From positions 32,043 to 96,042 of the forward strand of contig JAZRQU010000075.1 of assembly GCA_045650045.1 (NCBI GenBank): a stretch of DNA of 64,000 bases, written 5' to 3'. The number at the start of each line of letters is the position of its first letter. The first letter of the stretch is position 1. The notes beneath the pieces are model-generated. The model had not been told where the DNA came from and made no database searches. It saw only the letters and a program-made list of their open reading frames with translations. This document shows positions 54,928 through 63,819 of this stretch, piece after piece. The position numbers and the translations under genes were made by a program. Origin of the DNA: Candidatus Egerieisoma sp. (lineage in GTDB: Bacteria; Bacteroidota; Bacteroidia; Bacteroidales; UBA932).

Positions 54928-57591
54928 ATGAAGAAAACGTATATATATATTTCATTATTGGCAATTACTTTTGCTGTTTTAGCAGGTTGTACTTTAACCG
55001 ATATGGAGCTTAAAACCGGTTCTGGTATTGTTACTGTAATGGGTACAGCTGCAGAGTTTAAAGGAATAACTGTTAGCACTAAAGCCGTTGAAGAAGATGA
55101 AAAGAAAGTTAGTGAGATTACAATGGCTATCTTTGATTCAGATGGTAATGTTGTAGGCCGTATAGTTAACATTCATGCTTCAGAAACTAACCCTGTATTT
55201 GTTATTGACACAAAATTCAGGGATAATAACGGCAATCTGAAACCATATATACTAGCTGGTGATGAGACAATCTATATAACTAATGATCAGACTTTACTGA
55301 ACTCCTGCAATATTTATATGATTGCCAATAGCTGGGAATATATTCCAAAAAACAATGAAGGTATCCCAACAATTACTAAAGAGTCTGAATTATTGCAAAT
55401 ACAGATTCCTGTAAATGCAAGTAATCTTACTATTCCCGATAATGGCTTCAATGGATTTCCTATGATTGGAAAATCTGGGAACATAGACTTAAGCGCAGAT
55501 AGATCTGGTGCTACCCAAATGGAGGACATAACTATGCTCAAATTGTATGCTAAAATTAATGTAAGCATACAAATTAATGCGGAAAACGTTATTACAAATC
55601 CTAAATTTACACTTACAGGCTGGAAGGTAAGCAATGTCCCTACAGTAGTAAAACTGGGAGAGCCGGCAAATAATGAAGAAACAATATATGCTAATGGTGA
55701 TAAATCCAAGTTGTTCGAATCTTACGAATCTAAAGTTTTATCATCGGGAAGTCTTAATATAAGCAACTCAATATCACTGGACAATCCAGATAAGATGCAA
55801 TTTACATTCTATATTCCTGAACATAGAGTTATTGCAGACAATGAAATCATTTATCCGGATGAAATTAATATTAGTACAGATACTGAACATACTATAAAGC
55901 AAAGGTACAAACCTTTATTGTGCTCTGATGGAAAAAATCCATTATATGTTACAATTAATGGTATTTATACTGACCATCAAAATCAGATGCATACAGTTAC
56001 ATATACAATATATCTTGGACAAGACAGTTATTCTGATTTCTGTGTAAACAGAAACCAACAATTAAATAATATTGTAACAATAAAAGGTGTTACAAACAAC
56101 AATCCTGGATTTGACGAAGATGGTAAGCCTATTTTCAATATTTCAGCAGACTATAGAGTAGAAGTAGAATCTAATGGCAACTATGTAGTAAAAGTAGAGC
56201 GTGATGCCCTTCTTGATTCTCATTTTGAAGTTCGCCCTTTGGATGTGTACATAAACGGTGGCGGTACTGTAAAAATATCTGTAGTAGATGCCTCCAGCAC
56301 AGATGCTACTGATAAATACAGAATATGGTTAAGAATGGAAAACGGAGGAACCGGGGATGACTATATAGGCACAAAAGGTGTTAGAAAATATTTTACAACT
56401 GATCTTGTAACTAACACTCTTAAGAATAATACAACTATAGAAATCAATTCTAACGACGCCAATAGTACGTTACAAGAAAGAATATGGCTTTACTTTGATG
56501 AAAACCCAAATGTATTTGACAGAACCGAACCAAATAATGATGAATTAAATAAACAATATAGGGATATCACTATAAGACTGGAGTACTATAATCCTAACGG
56601 AACAAAGGATGACTCGCAAACCAGGAACATAACATTCCGTCAAATGAATTTATGGAGGCTATGGTCATATACTGATGAAACAAAGACTACTAAAAAAAGA
56701 TTCTATGATATAGAATACCATGAAGAATACCTGAATAACTATGCATCAGACCAACCATTTGGACAAACCACAGATGGATTACCATGGGGTTTGAATGGAT
56801 TATCATTGTCAAAACACTATGAAGCAACAGATTTGGGAAATACCGGCACAGGCTGGTGGGATTATATACTAGATATTTTTGGAGCATCATTATCTCCTTA
56901 TTATGATTACAGTTTGGATACTGATAGGAATTATCTAGAACAAATAGATAAGTTTAAGGATATTGATATAGCAACAACTCATGAATTTGCAGGGTTAAAT
57001 TTCACAAAACAAATAGCATACATAGGCGAAATAAGTAGTAAAATGAAGGACATGACCCTAAATGTGAGTGCAGAGACTGCAATACAGTATTGCTTAAATA
57101 AAAATAAAAGAAATAGTAACGGAGAGATTCCAATTAATAATGATAATACACCAAATTACGCTTCAGACTATGTGCATTGGTATTTACCATCTATAGATGA
57201 AATTCAAGAAATTGTTGTTGCCGGATATCAGGATTTTGAAGTATTTCAAAACAAATTTTACTGGTCATCACAACCAGCTTATGAAATAGCATCTGTTTAT
57301 CAGTACTCAGATTTATGGGGGAGGGAAAATACACTGAAAGGATATATGTTACAAGAGAATAATGAATATGCAAGAGCAACAAGTGCTGTTTATAACGATG
57401 GATGGACATTTAAGAAAAATGGTATAAGAGGAGAGTCATACCATCATCAATTAGTTTATTTTTTGGGAACGTACGATAAAAATAATTCCCATGAAATCGA
57501 AGTATCAAATGATCTTATAGACGAAGGATACATGCCACGATCAAATGTCAACCGTATCCGCTGCATACGTAATTCAGGAACATATCAATAA
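54928..57591 (+). CDS. Large pilus-associated lipoprotein (887 aa), candidate tip adhesin (DUF4906-like) with DUF1566-like C-terminal module
   Basis: Lipobox VLAGCTLT; last gene of the pilus operon. C-terminal WYLPSIDEIQEIV...FYWSSQPAY resembles the W.LP...E....YWSS pattern of DUF1566/Fib_succ-type domains (recalled from memory). Confidence 0.55.
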   Translation: MKKTYIYISLLAITFAVLAGCTLTDMELKTGSGIVTVMGTAAEFKGITVSTKAVEEDEKKVSEITMAIFDSDGNVVGRIVNIHASETNPVFVIDTKFRDNNGNLKPYILAGDETIYITNDQTLLNSCNIYMIANSWEYIPKNNEGIPTITKESELLQIQIPVNASNLTIPDNGFNGFPMIGKSGNIDLSADRSGATQMEDITMLKLYAKINVSIQINAENVITNPKFTLTGWKVSNVPTVVKLGEPANNEETIYANGDKSKLFESYESKVLSSGSLNISNSISLDNPDKMQFTFYIPEHRVIADNEIIYPDEINISTDTEHTIKQRYKPLLCSDGKNPLYVTINGIYTDHQNQMHTVTYTIYLGQDSYSDFCVNRNQQLNNIVTIKGVTNNNPGFDEDGKPIFNISADYRVEVESNGNYVVKVERDALLDSHFEVRPLDVYINGGGTVKISVVDASSTDATDKYRIWLRMENGGTGDDYIGTKGVRKYFTTDLVTNTLKNNTTIEINSNDANSTLQERIWLYFDENPNVFDRTEPNNDELNKQYRDITIRLEYYNPNGTKDDSQTRNITFRQMNLWRLWSYTDETKTTKKRFYDIEYHEEYLNNYASDQPFGQTTDGLPWGLNGLSLSKHYEATDLGNTGTGWWDYILDIFGASLSPYYDYSLDTDRNYLEQIDKFKDIDIATTHEFAGLNFTKQIAYIGEISSKMKDMTLNVSAETAIQYCLNKNKRNSNGEIPINNDNTPNYASDYVHWYLPSIDEIQEIVVAGYQDFEVFQNKFYWSSQPAYEIASVYQYSDLWGRENTLKGYMLQENNEYARATSAVYNDGWTFKKNGIRGESYHHQLVYFLGTYDKNNSHEIEVSNDLIDEGYMPRSNVNRIRCIRNSGTYQ

Positions 57592-57597
57592 CACAAG

Positions 57598-57621
57598 GAA
57601 GCCGGATAATAATCCGGCTTC
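57598..57621. terminator. Bidirectional terminator hairpin (GAAGCCGGA / TCCGGCTTC) between convergent genes
   Basis: Arms at 57598-57606 and 57613-57621; T-rich sequence follows on the plus strand. Confidence 0.65.
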
Positions 57622-57643
57622 TCTCATTTTATATAAATAATTT

Positions 57644-58774
57644 TTACACCTCTACAAGTTCATACTCCCTACAACCAAGCCCAATTTCCTGTGCGTACTG
57701 AAGTCCGCTCTCCCAATCGGTATCGGGGTGGATGTGCTTGAAGAGCTCATCATGCTGATGGACGTCTTCGCAGCCACAACTGCAGTGCTCTTCTTTTCTC
57801 CAGCCGTTGATTACTGGGGCTTTGTTTACAAGGTCTGCACAAGCCTGGTCCAGGGCTACGGGATCAAATGAGGCCATCATGCCAAGGTCTGGTACTAGTG
57901 GAACGTCGTTGTGGCCCCAGCAGTCGCACTCGGGTGAGACGTTCATGATCAGGCTTATGTGGAAGTTAGGTTTGTCTTTCAGTACTGCTTTGGTGTACTC
58001 AGCTATCTTGCAGTTGAGCACCTCTGAGGTGTCCCACTCGGCAAGGACTGCTGCTGCGTATTGGCAAAGGGCTACGCATTGGCCACAGCCTACACATTTG
58101 CTGTAGTCTATTACAGCTTTTCTGTCGGGATTAACAGAGATTGCTCCGTGGTTGCAGTTTTTCTCACAGATACGGCAGCCTATGCAGTTCTTTTCATTCA
58201 CTTTTGGCTGTGATGATGAGTGAAGCTCAAGCTTGCCCGCAATTGAGGCGCAACCCATTCCAAGGTTTTTCAATGCACCGCCAAAGCCTGCCTGCTCATG
58301 CCCCTTAAAGTGGCTGATTGAGATTACTATGTCTGCATCTGCCACCGCCTGTCCAATTTTTGGTGCAGGGCAGTATTTTGCCCCTTCAATTGGAATGGCA
58401 GCGTAGTTGGTACCTTTAAGGCCGTCGGCAATAATTACATTGGCATTTACAGCTATTGGATTGAATCCGTTAACCATAGCACTTTTAAGGTGGTCTACGG
58501 CGTTGTCTCTCCTACCCTTGTACAGTGTGTTTGCATCGGTAAGGAAAGTCTTGGCGCCAAGAGAATTAAGCAGGTCAACAACTGTTGCCACATAGTTTGG
58601 TCTGATGTAGGCCATATTGCCCGGCTCACCAAAGTGAAGCTTTACGGCTGTATACTGGCCTTCAAAATTTATCTGCTCTATACCGGCAGCCTTAACAAGG
58701 TTGCGGAGCTTCTTCAATAGATTTACCCCCGGCTTGCAGCGGAGATTACTGTAATAAACTTTAGATTTTTCCAT
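57644..58774 (-). CDS. DUF362-domain protein with 2x[4Fe-4S] ferredoxin insert
   Basis: CIGCRICEKNC and CVGCGQCVALC CxxCxxCxxxC motifs within a DUF362-like frame. Confidence 0.8.
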   Translation of the reverse strand: MEKSKVYYSNLRCKPGVNLLKKLRNLVKAAGIEQINFEGQYTAVKLHFGEPGNMAYIRPNYVATVVDLLNSLGAKTFLTDANTLYKGRRDNAVDHLKSAMVNGFNPIAVNANVIIADGLKGTNYAAIPIEGAKYCPAPKIGQAVADADIVISISHFKGHEQAGFGGALKNLGMGCASIAGKLELHSSSQPKVNEKNCIGCRICEKNCNHGAISVNPDRKAVIDYSKCVGCGQCVALCQYAAAVLAEWDTSEVLNCKIAEYTKAVLKDKPNFHISLIMNVSPECDCWGHNDVPLVPDLGMMASFDPVALDQACADLVNKAPVINGWRKEEHCSCGCEDVHQHDELFKHIHPDTDWESGLQYAQEIGLGCREYELVEV

Positions 58775-59637
58775 TATTTTACCCTTACAATTCTAATTCC
58801 ATCGTTGCTTTTGCGCGAGTTCACATAATTGTGAATGCTTTTCTCATCAATAACCACTTTACCGTCTCCTTGCGATGCATGGATAAAGCCTACCTCACCG
58901 TTCTCCTTATGGTAAACAATTGCCACATGAGCAATATCCAACCCCTCTACAGATGAGTTGAAGCATAGGATATCGCCATCTTTCAAAAGGTGGTCCATCT
59001 TGTTCACAACCGCTTTAGGGATAACGTAATAATCTGAGAATGAGTTCAAATAGTCCTCCATTTTGGAGATTCTGGCAACCTCTGCAGGGTTATCTTTCAA
59101 CTGTTTGTACGCAGAGGAGTGCTTGCTCATGTATGAGAATCTTTGTCCCGACAGATTATCGGCACTCAACACATCGGTAATCTCCTCAAAGATGCCTCTC
59201 CCCTCTCCTTGTCTGATCCACTCGCTGGTGTAGTGGATACGGCTTGCGTAACCATCAACTATGCCGTTGCGGTAGCGGGTGCGCTGGATGTATGCACATA
59301 GGCTGTCGGGAGAATCATAACCTTTTTTTGCATTCATGGCCATTGCCATGCAGGTCTCCACAAAAAGGATGCAGTCTGTCTCTACAAGGGATACTTTAAG
59401 CTGCTCGGGAACGAGTTCAAGCGAGCCTGCAACATACTCTGTTCCAAGCATCTGCTTTGCAGCAATCACCATCAGTTCCGGTACGGTCTTGTGGTTGTTC
59501 TCCAAAAGCACTTTTGAAATTTCAGCGTATTTGGCCTTGCTCTGTGCATCCATTGCTGTCTGTGCACTCAACTGGCCGGCAAATGTAATCATACACATTA
59601 CAAGTGCCACAACTAGAATCTTTGTTATATTTTTCAT
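58774..59637 (-). CDS. DUF1460-like exported protein (amidase/NlpC-like fold family)
   Basis: Signal peptide ...LSA|Q. The family assignment rests on recalled resemblance (ETDCILFVETCMAMA, GDILCF...HVAIV) and was not searched. Confidence 0.55.
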   Translation of the reverse strand: MKNITKILVVALVMCMITFAGQLSAQTAMDAQSKAKYAEISKVLLENNHKTVPELMVIAAKQMLGTEYVAGSLELVPEQLKVSLVETDCILFVETCMAMAMNAKKGYDSPDSLCAYIQRTRYRNGIVDGYASRIHYTSEWIRQGEGRGIFEEITDVLSADNLSGQRFSYMSKHSSAYKQLKDNPAEVARISKMEDYLNSFSDYYVIPKAVVNKMDHLLKDGDILCFNSSVEGLDIAHVAIVYHKENGEVGFIHASQGDGKVVIDEKSIHNYVNSRKSNDGIRIVRVK

Positions 59638-59666
59638 TGTAATAGAGTTTATACAAATTTAATATG

Positions 59667-61586
59667 TTAATTGAAAATCTCAAATGTAAATTTCACCCCT
59701 ATCCTGTCCCATTTGTCAACTTCTCCTCCCCAGAATACACCCATATTGAAGATATTGGTACCTATGCCGTATCCCATCTCCACATATGGGCTCATTGTAT
59801 CTACAAGAAGCAGGTTGCAGTAAAGGCGCTCCTTTGTTATGAATTTAACCTTTCTCAAGAGCGTTGGTACCAGCAGTAAAGGGGCATCATATTGCACATT
59901 GGCCCTTAAATATTTATCTATCTCATGGTATTTTACTGATGAGAGGAGGTTGAATGTACCACCTATATCATCATCCCAGCCATGAGGCAAGTGATTGTCC
60001 TTAAGGTTCTTGAACTGTACAAAGTAGAGATAGTTATAATCCATGGCAATGCCAAAGCCCGCCCTGTAGGTGAGCGAGTGCATTGGCCCCACTTCTATCT
60101 GGTGCTGCATATCAACCTCCAATCTGCCAAACTCCACATCACTGCCAATGATCCCTTTAATTGAGTGGGCATACCTCAGGGTAAAGGTTGGGTAGCCTTT
60201 TTTGCTGTACTGGAGCTCAACTTCAGGGGCAAAAGTGGTAAATGAAGTCTTGTCCTGAGAATGCGCCTCCTTGTTGTGCCAGGTGTAACGCAGCTGGGCT
60301 GCAGTAGCCGTAATGGATATATTGTCCATTATATTAATGGAGTGGCCCAATTTGGCATAAGATGTCCTCAATTCCTGCGGCACCCCGTTCCCCGCCTCTA
60401 TGAAGAATCTGCCGCTGGTGGATGGAGAATAGAGCCAGTTGCCTTTTACAGCCCAGTAAAACTCCTTGTATTTGAAGTTATAGCCAACAAGCGGCGCAAC
60501 GCTGAACATCTTCTCTTTTGGGAGTTGACGTGTATATTTCAGCTTCTGGGTATACGACAAGCCGCTATTTGTGCTATAATGGAACAGAAGCGGGCTCACC
60601 AGCGGTGCCATGTAGAGTGATCCCTTGTCATTGAGATTCATGGAACGGCTTTTCACAAGGAAATATCCTCTTTGCGTCTTCTTTTGCCCGGTGGTGACAG
60701 TATCTTGTTGGGGCTGCTCTGCAAATGTACTGTCGGGATAAAAATTATGGTCCCCAATACGTGTATAGGCGAACTCCTGTGTGCATTCGGCATTAATTTT
60801 GGTACCCAGGAAGTTACCTTTGAAATTCACCTGCAACTGGATTGGCAGATGCTCCTGAAGGCTCCCCTGCTCCCCCATCTGCACAATATTGCAATACTGT
60901 CCAAACTCCATATTTCCGGCAATATGCATATCCTTTACAGACAAATTGTCCTGGGTAACTGTGATATACCCCTCCACAAACTTGTAATTGGTGATTTTGG
61001 GAATAAAAGCAATCTTGTAATGGAGACTTCCCCTTTCTACCCAAGTAGAATCCAATGAGAAATCATAATATTTTCCCGACAAATATGCCAACGGCGAGTA
61101 TATGTTCCCGTATATATACTGCGAATAGACATTTATATTCTGTGCCAGGGAAGTAATATGCTCTGTGAATTCCTTAACAATCAGACTGTTATCCTTGCCA
61201 ATTGAAGTAAGTGTGGTAGTGGTGCTATCCTGTGCAGTGTGCTTGAGTGTACCTGTATATTGCTGTGTAAAACTTCCCTCACTGAGCTTTGCCCTGTTAA
61301 GGTATGGCACTAGCGCCGGAAAAAGCCCTTTATGGAGAACATCTACCTGTGAAAATATCTGCAGATTTGCCTCGTAATCCTGTTTTTCAGCCGTCCTTTG
61401 CTGCGCATAATGCCGGAGACTGTCGAGAATTTGAGGAAGGCTGTATTGTGTGGCTGGCTGATGCCTGGTATGGTCCTGGGTGAGGGCATGGATGTGGGTG
61501 TGGGTGTCACATACGAGAACCTCCGGGCATAACATACCCATAAAAGCTGTCAAAAAAAATATGCACATCCTCCAATTCATCTCCAA
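59667..61586 (-). CDS. Hypothetical outer-membrane-type protein (possibly DUF5686-like, without the usual N-terminal carboxypeptidase-regulatory domain)
   Basis: 639-aa ORF with an N-terminal hydrophobic segment and an aromatic-rich, beta-strand-like C-terminal half ending in ...KFTFEIFN. Confidence 0.5.
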   Translation of the reverse strand: MEMNWRMCIFFLTAFMGMLCPEVLVCDTHTHIHALTQDHTRHQPATQYSLPQILDSLRHYAQQRTAEKQDYEANLQIFSQVDVLHKGLFPALVPYLNRAKLSEGSFTQQYTGTLKHTAQDSTTTTLTSIGKDNSLIVKEFTEHITSLAQNINVYSQYIYGNIYSPLAYLSGKYYDFSLDSTWVERGSLHYKIAFIPKITNYKFVEGYITVTQDNLSVKDMHIAGNMEFGQYCNIVQMGEQGSLQEHLPIQLQVNFKGNFLGTKINAECTQEFAYTRIGDHNFYPDSTFAEQPQQDTVTTGQKKTQRGYFLVKSRSMNLNDKGSLYMAPLVSPLLFHYSTNSGLSYTQKLKYTRQLPKEKMFSVAPLVGYNFKYKEFYWAVKGNWLYSPSTSGRFFIEAGNGVPQELRTSYAKLGHSINIMDNISITATAAQLRYTWHNKEAHSQDKTSFTTFAPEVELQYSKKGYPTFTLRYAHSIKGIIGSDVEFGRLEVDMQHQIEVGPMHSLTYRAGFGIAMDYNYLYFVQFKNLKDNHLPHGWDDDIGGTFNLLSSVKYHEIDKYLRANVQYDAPLLLVPTLLRKVKFITKERLYCNLLLVDTMSPYVEMGYGIGTNIFNMGVFWGGEVDKWDRIGVKFTFEIFN

Positions 61587-61630
61587 ACATTGATTTTATT
61601 GTAAAGATAACAACTTTTATGCAAAAAAAT

Positions 61631-61661
61631 TTTGCAGAACCAAAAAAACCTCCTATATTTG
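61631..61661 (+). promoter_or_regulatory. Bacteroidetes-type promoter of the tRNA pair (-33 TTTG, 19-nt spacer, -7 TATATTTG)
   Basis: TTTG at 61631-61634 and TATATTTG at 61654-61661, ~33 nt before tRNA-Arg. Confidence 0.6.
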
Positions 61662-61693
61662 CATCCGCAAAGGCAAACAGCTAATGCGGGACT

Positions 61694-61767
61694 GGTCCAG
61701 TAGCTCAGCTGGATAGAGCAACAGATTTCTAATCTGTGGGTCAGGGGTTCGAATCCCTTCTGGATCA
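61694..61767 (+). tRNA. tRNA-Arg (anticodon TCT)
   Basis: Hand-folded cloverleaf: acceptor GGTCCAG/CTGGATC, D-arm GCTC..GAGC, anticodon stem ACAGA/TCTGT with loop TTTCTAA, T-arm AGGGG-TTCGAAT-CCCTT. 74 nt; CCA not encoded. Confidence 0.9.
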
Positions 61768-61779
61768 CTTAACCAGTCC

Positions 61780-61852
61780 GACTCGCTAGCTCAGCTGGTA
61801 GAGCACGACACTCTTAATGTTGGGGTCCAGGGTTCGATCCCCTGGCGGGTCA
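61780..61852 (+). tRNA. tRNA-Lys (anticodon CTT)
   Basis: Hand-folded cloverleaf: acceptor GACTCGC/GCGGGTC, anticodon stem CGACA/TGTTG with loop CTCTTAA, T-loop GGTTCGATCC. 73 nt. Confidence 0.9.
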
Positions 61853-61859
61853 CTAGGAT

Positions 61860-61902
61860 ATCGCAATCACTTGTTAATCAAGCGGTTGCGATTTTTGTTT
61901 TT
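61860..61902 (+). terminator. Intrinsic terminator after the tRNA pair (ATCGCAA...TTGCGAT stem plus TTTTTGTTTTT)
   Basis: Arms at 61860-61866 and 61886-61892, with additional inner pairing; T-rich tract at 61892-61902. Confidence 0.65.
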
Positions 61903-62200
61903 CGGAAAAATTCCGCAATTTTTCCACTAATTCCTTCTTAACTTTCTATATATCAATCTGTTAACTAATTTATTCATAAACGATTGTAATACAATTGTCT
62001 ATAATATATTATGTTTCTGTGGATTACACTAATCAACAAGTTCTATTATTGGAAAATTTAGTGACTCTATACAGGTCACATACCAAAATATTAGAATAAT
62101 TTTTTGGTATTGAATTTCTGATGCGCCTTCGTTTTTCTGAATTATTCACAAAATGGAAATGTATTACTAAATTTACAAGTGGAATTTATGATATTACAAT

Positions 62201-63811
62201 ATGGAAACGAATATATCTTCAAATCAAAGTCAGCTTCAACAAGCAGCTACGGGACAAGAGGTGGAACCTAAAGGAATAGTTCTCAATAGAATGTATACAG
62301 GCAGTTACCTGTCTACAAATCTTGGTCATGAGGTTATCAATATGTTTCAGGCTGATAATGGAAAGCATTATTTGTATTTAAATGCGAGAGGAAATTTTAG
62401 CAAAGAGGGTAAGCAAGTTAATACTATGCTTCTCGTGCGACATATTGGAGGAAGCACAGTAGAGGCTGTTGGCATGGCAAAGAATCTTAAGCCGATAGAT
62501 AGCGCATGCTGCACGCTCCCAAGAGATATAGGCAGAATTAATCAAAAGGTGCGAAATGAACAAGAGGCTTTTCTCAAATCAACGGATCATAAGGTTGAAT
62601 ATGGTGAAGTCCCTATTATAAAGATTTTTGGAGATAAGGGACAGCAAAGTGTGTATGTATCGTATTGGGTGGAAAAAAATGATTTTTTTATACCGGCTAA
62701 GAATATAAATATAAGAATTGAATTTCCTCCATCAGATGAAAATAAATTGGACGATTATAAGAAAAAAGCACTGAAAGAAGAAATAACAGTATGTTCAGAA
62801 GAGAAGCAAAAAATTACAACTACTATTGTAAGGATGAAAGAACATAATTTTTCTTCTACATCCTTGCATCAATTTATTTTTGAGGGGGAAGATTTTAAAA
62901 ATCTATCTACTCTGTGCAATGAGAATGGTATAAGTTTGTGGGAGCAAGATAACACTAAAGTTGATAAGCTTAAAGATAATTCAGCAGTGGATAAGAGAGA
63001 GATATCTTTATTCGATATTTGCCAGATTCAGAAAGATGAAAACAGGATTTCTAATGCCTTAAGTTATTTTATTGACAAATATCCAAAGTTGTGGCACACG
63101 TTTTTTTCTGAACAATTATCACCCTTTGAACTTGGAGAAATCGAATCAGTAACGAGAGAAGAAAATACAAAAATAAAAGAAAATAATTCTACAGGAGGCC
63201 GTATTGATTTGCTGATTCGTACTAAAAATTGCTATATCATTATTGAAAACAAGATTGATTCTGAAATAATTATTGAAAATAACGTTACTCAGTTACAACG
63301 CTATTATAATTATGTTAGTATTCTCAAAACACAGGAGAGTGACAGATTAGATAAAGAAAAAACACAACTAAATAACGACTTAGAAAAGTATAAGAAATAT
63401 TACGAAGACCCTAATAAAAAACATTGGAAAAATAGGAGCAAGTGGGAGCAAAAAATTAATGAATTAACCCTAAAGTTTAAAAATGTAGAGCAAGAGTTGC
63501 AAGATGTTGAAAATAGAAAAATTGAAGGATTTGTTTTAACGCCAAACTATAATCCTCCAAAACTCAATCTACTTGAAGTAAATAATGATTTTTGCTTTAA
63601 ATGGTTATCATATAAAACAATATATGAATGGCTTACCAAAAATGAGGATGCTAAGTGTTTAATAGAAAAAGATGCCAACTTTAAAGCATTCTATAATGTA
63701 ATTAAAAGACATACATACGAGTTTGAAAGTTCAATGTTATACGAAGAGATGAAGAGCACCTTCTTTACTCGAATAAAAGAACTTAATCATACATCACCAT
63801 CAACCAAATAA
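62201..63811 (+). CDS. PD-(D/E)XK nuclease-family fusion protein: unknown ~330-aa N-terminal region, nuclease core, coiled-coil insert
   Basis: GGRIDLLIRTKNCYIIIENKIDSE followed by VTQLQRYYNY gives a D...E.K...QxxxY pattern typical of PD-(D/E)XK (PDDEXK_4-like) nucleases. K/E-rich heptad-like stretch at aa ~405-450. Markedly AT-rich gene. Confidence 0.65.
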   Translation: METNISSNQSQLQQAATGQEVEPKGIVLNRMYTGSYLSTNLGHEVINMFQADNGKHYLYLNARGNFSKEGKQVNTMLLVRHIGGSTVEAVGMAKNLKPIDSACCTLPRDIGRINQKVRNEQEAFLKSTDHKVEYGEVPIIKIFGDKGQQSVYVSYWVEKNDFFIPAKNINIRIEFPPSDENKLDDYKKKALKEEITVCSEEKQKITTTIVRMKEHNFSSTSLHQFIFEGEDFKNLSTLCNENGISLWEQDNTKVDKLKDNSAVDKREISLFDICQIQKDENRISNALSYFIDKYPKLWHTFFSEQLSPFELGEIESVTREENTKIKENNSTGGRIDLLIRTKNCYIIIENKIDSEIIIENNVTQLQRYYNYVSILKTQESDRLDKEKTQLNNDLEKYKKYYEDPNKKHWKNRSKWEQKINELTLKFKNVEQELQDVENRKIEGFVLTPNYNPPKLNLLEVNNDFCFKWLSYKTIYEWLTKNEDAKCLIEKDANFKAFYNVIKRHTYEFESSMLYEEMKSTFFTRIKELNHTSPSTK

Positions 63812-63819
63812 CTTCAACA

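Noticed and set aside
44257-57591. Prophage or integrative element explanation for the AT-richer 13-kb block
   Set aside because: The block has no integrase, transposase, phage structural or conjugation genes and no flanking direct repeats. Its content is coherent pilus/outer-membrane genes, so lower GC is better explained by surface-gene composition or old acquisition.
61577-61768. 63-aa minus-strand ORF
   Set aside because: It lies antisense across the tRNA promoter and tRNA-Arg, and its translation is simply the tRNA sequence read backwards.
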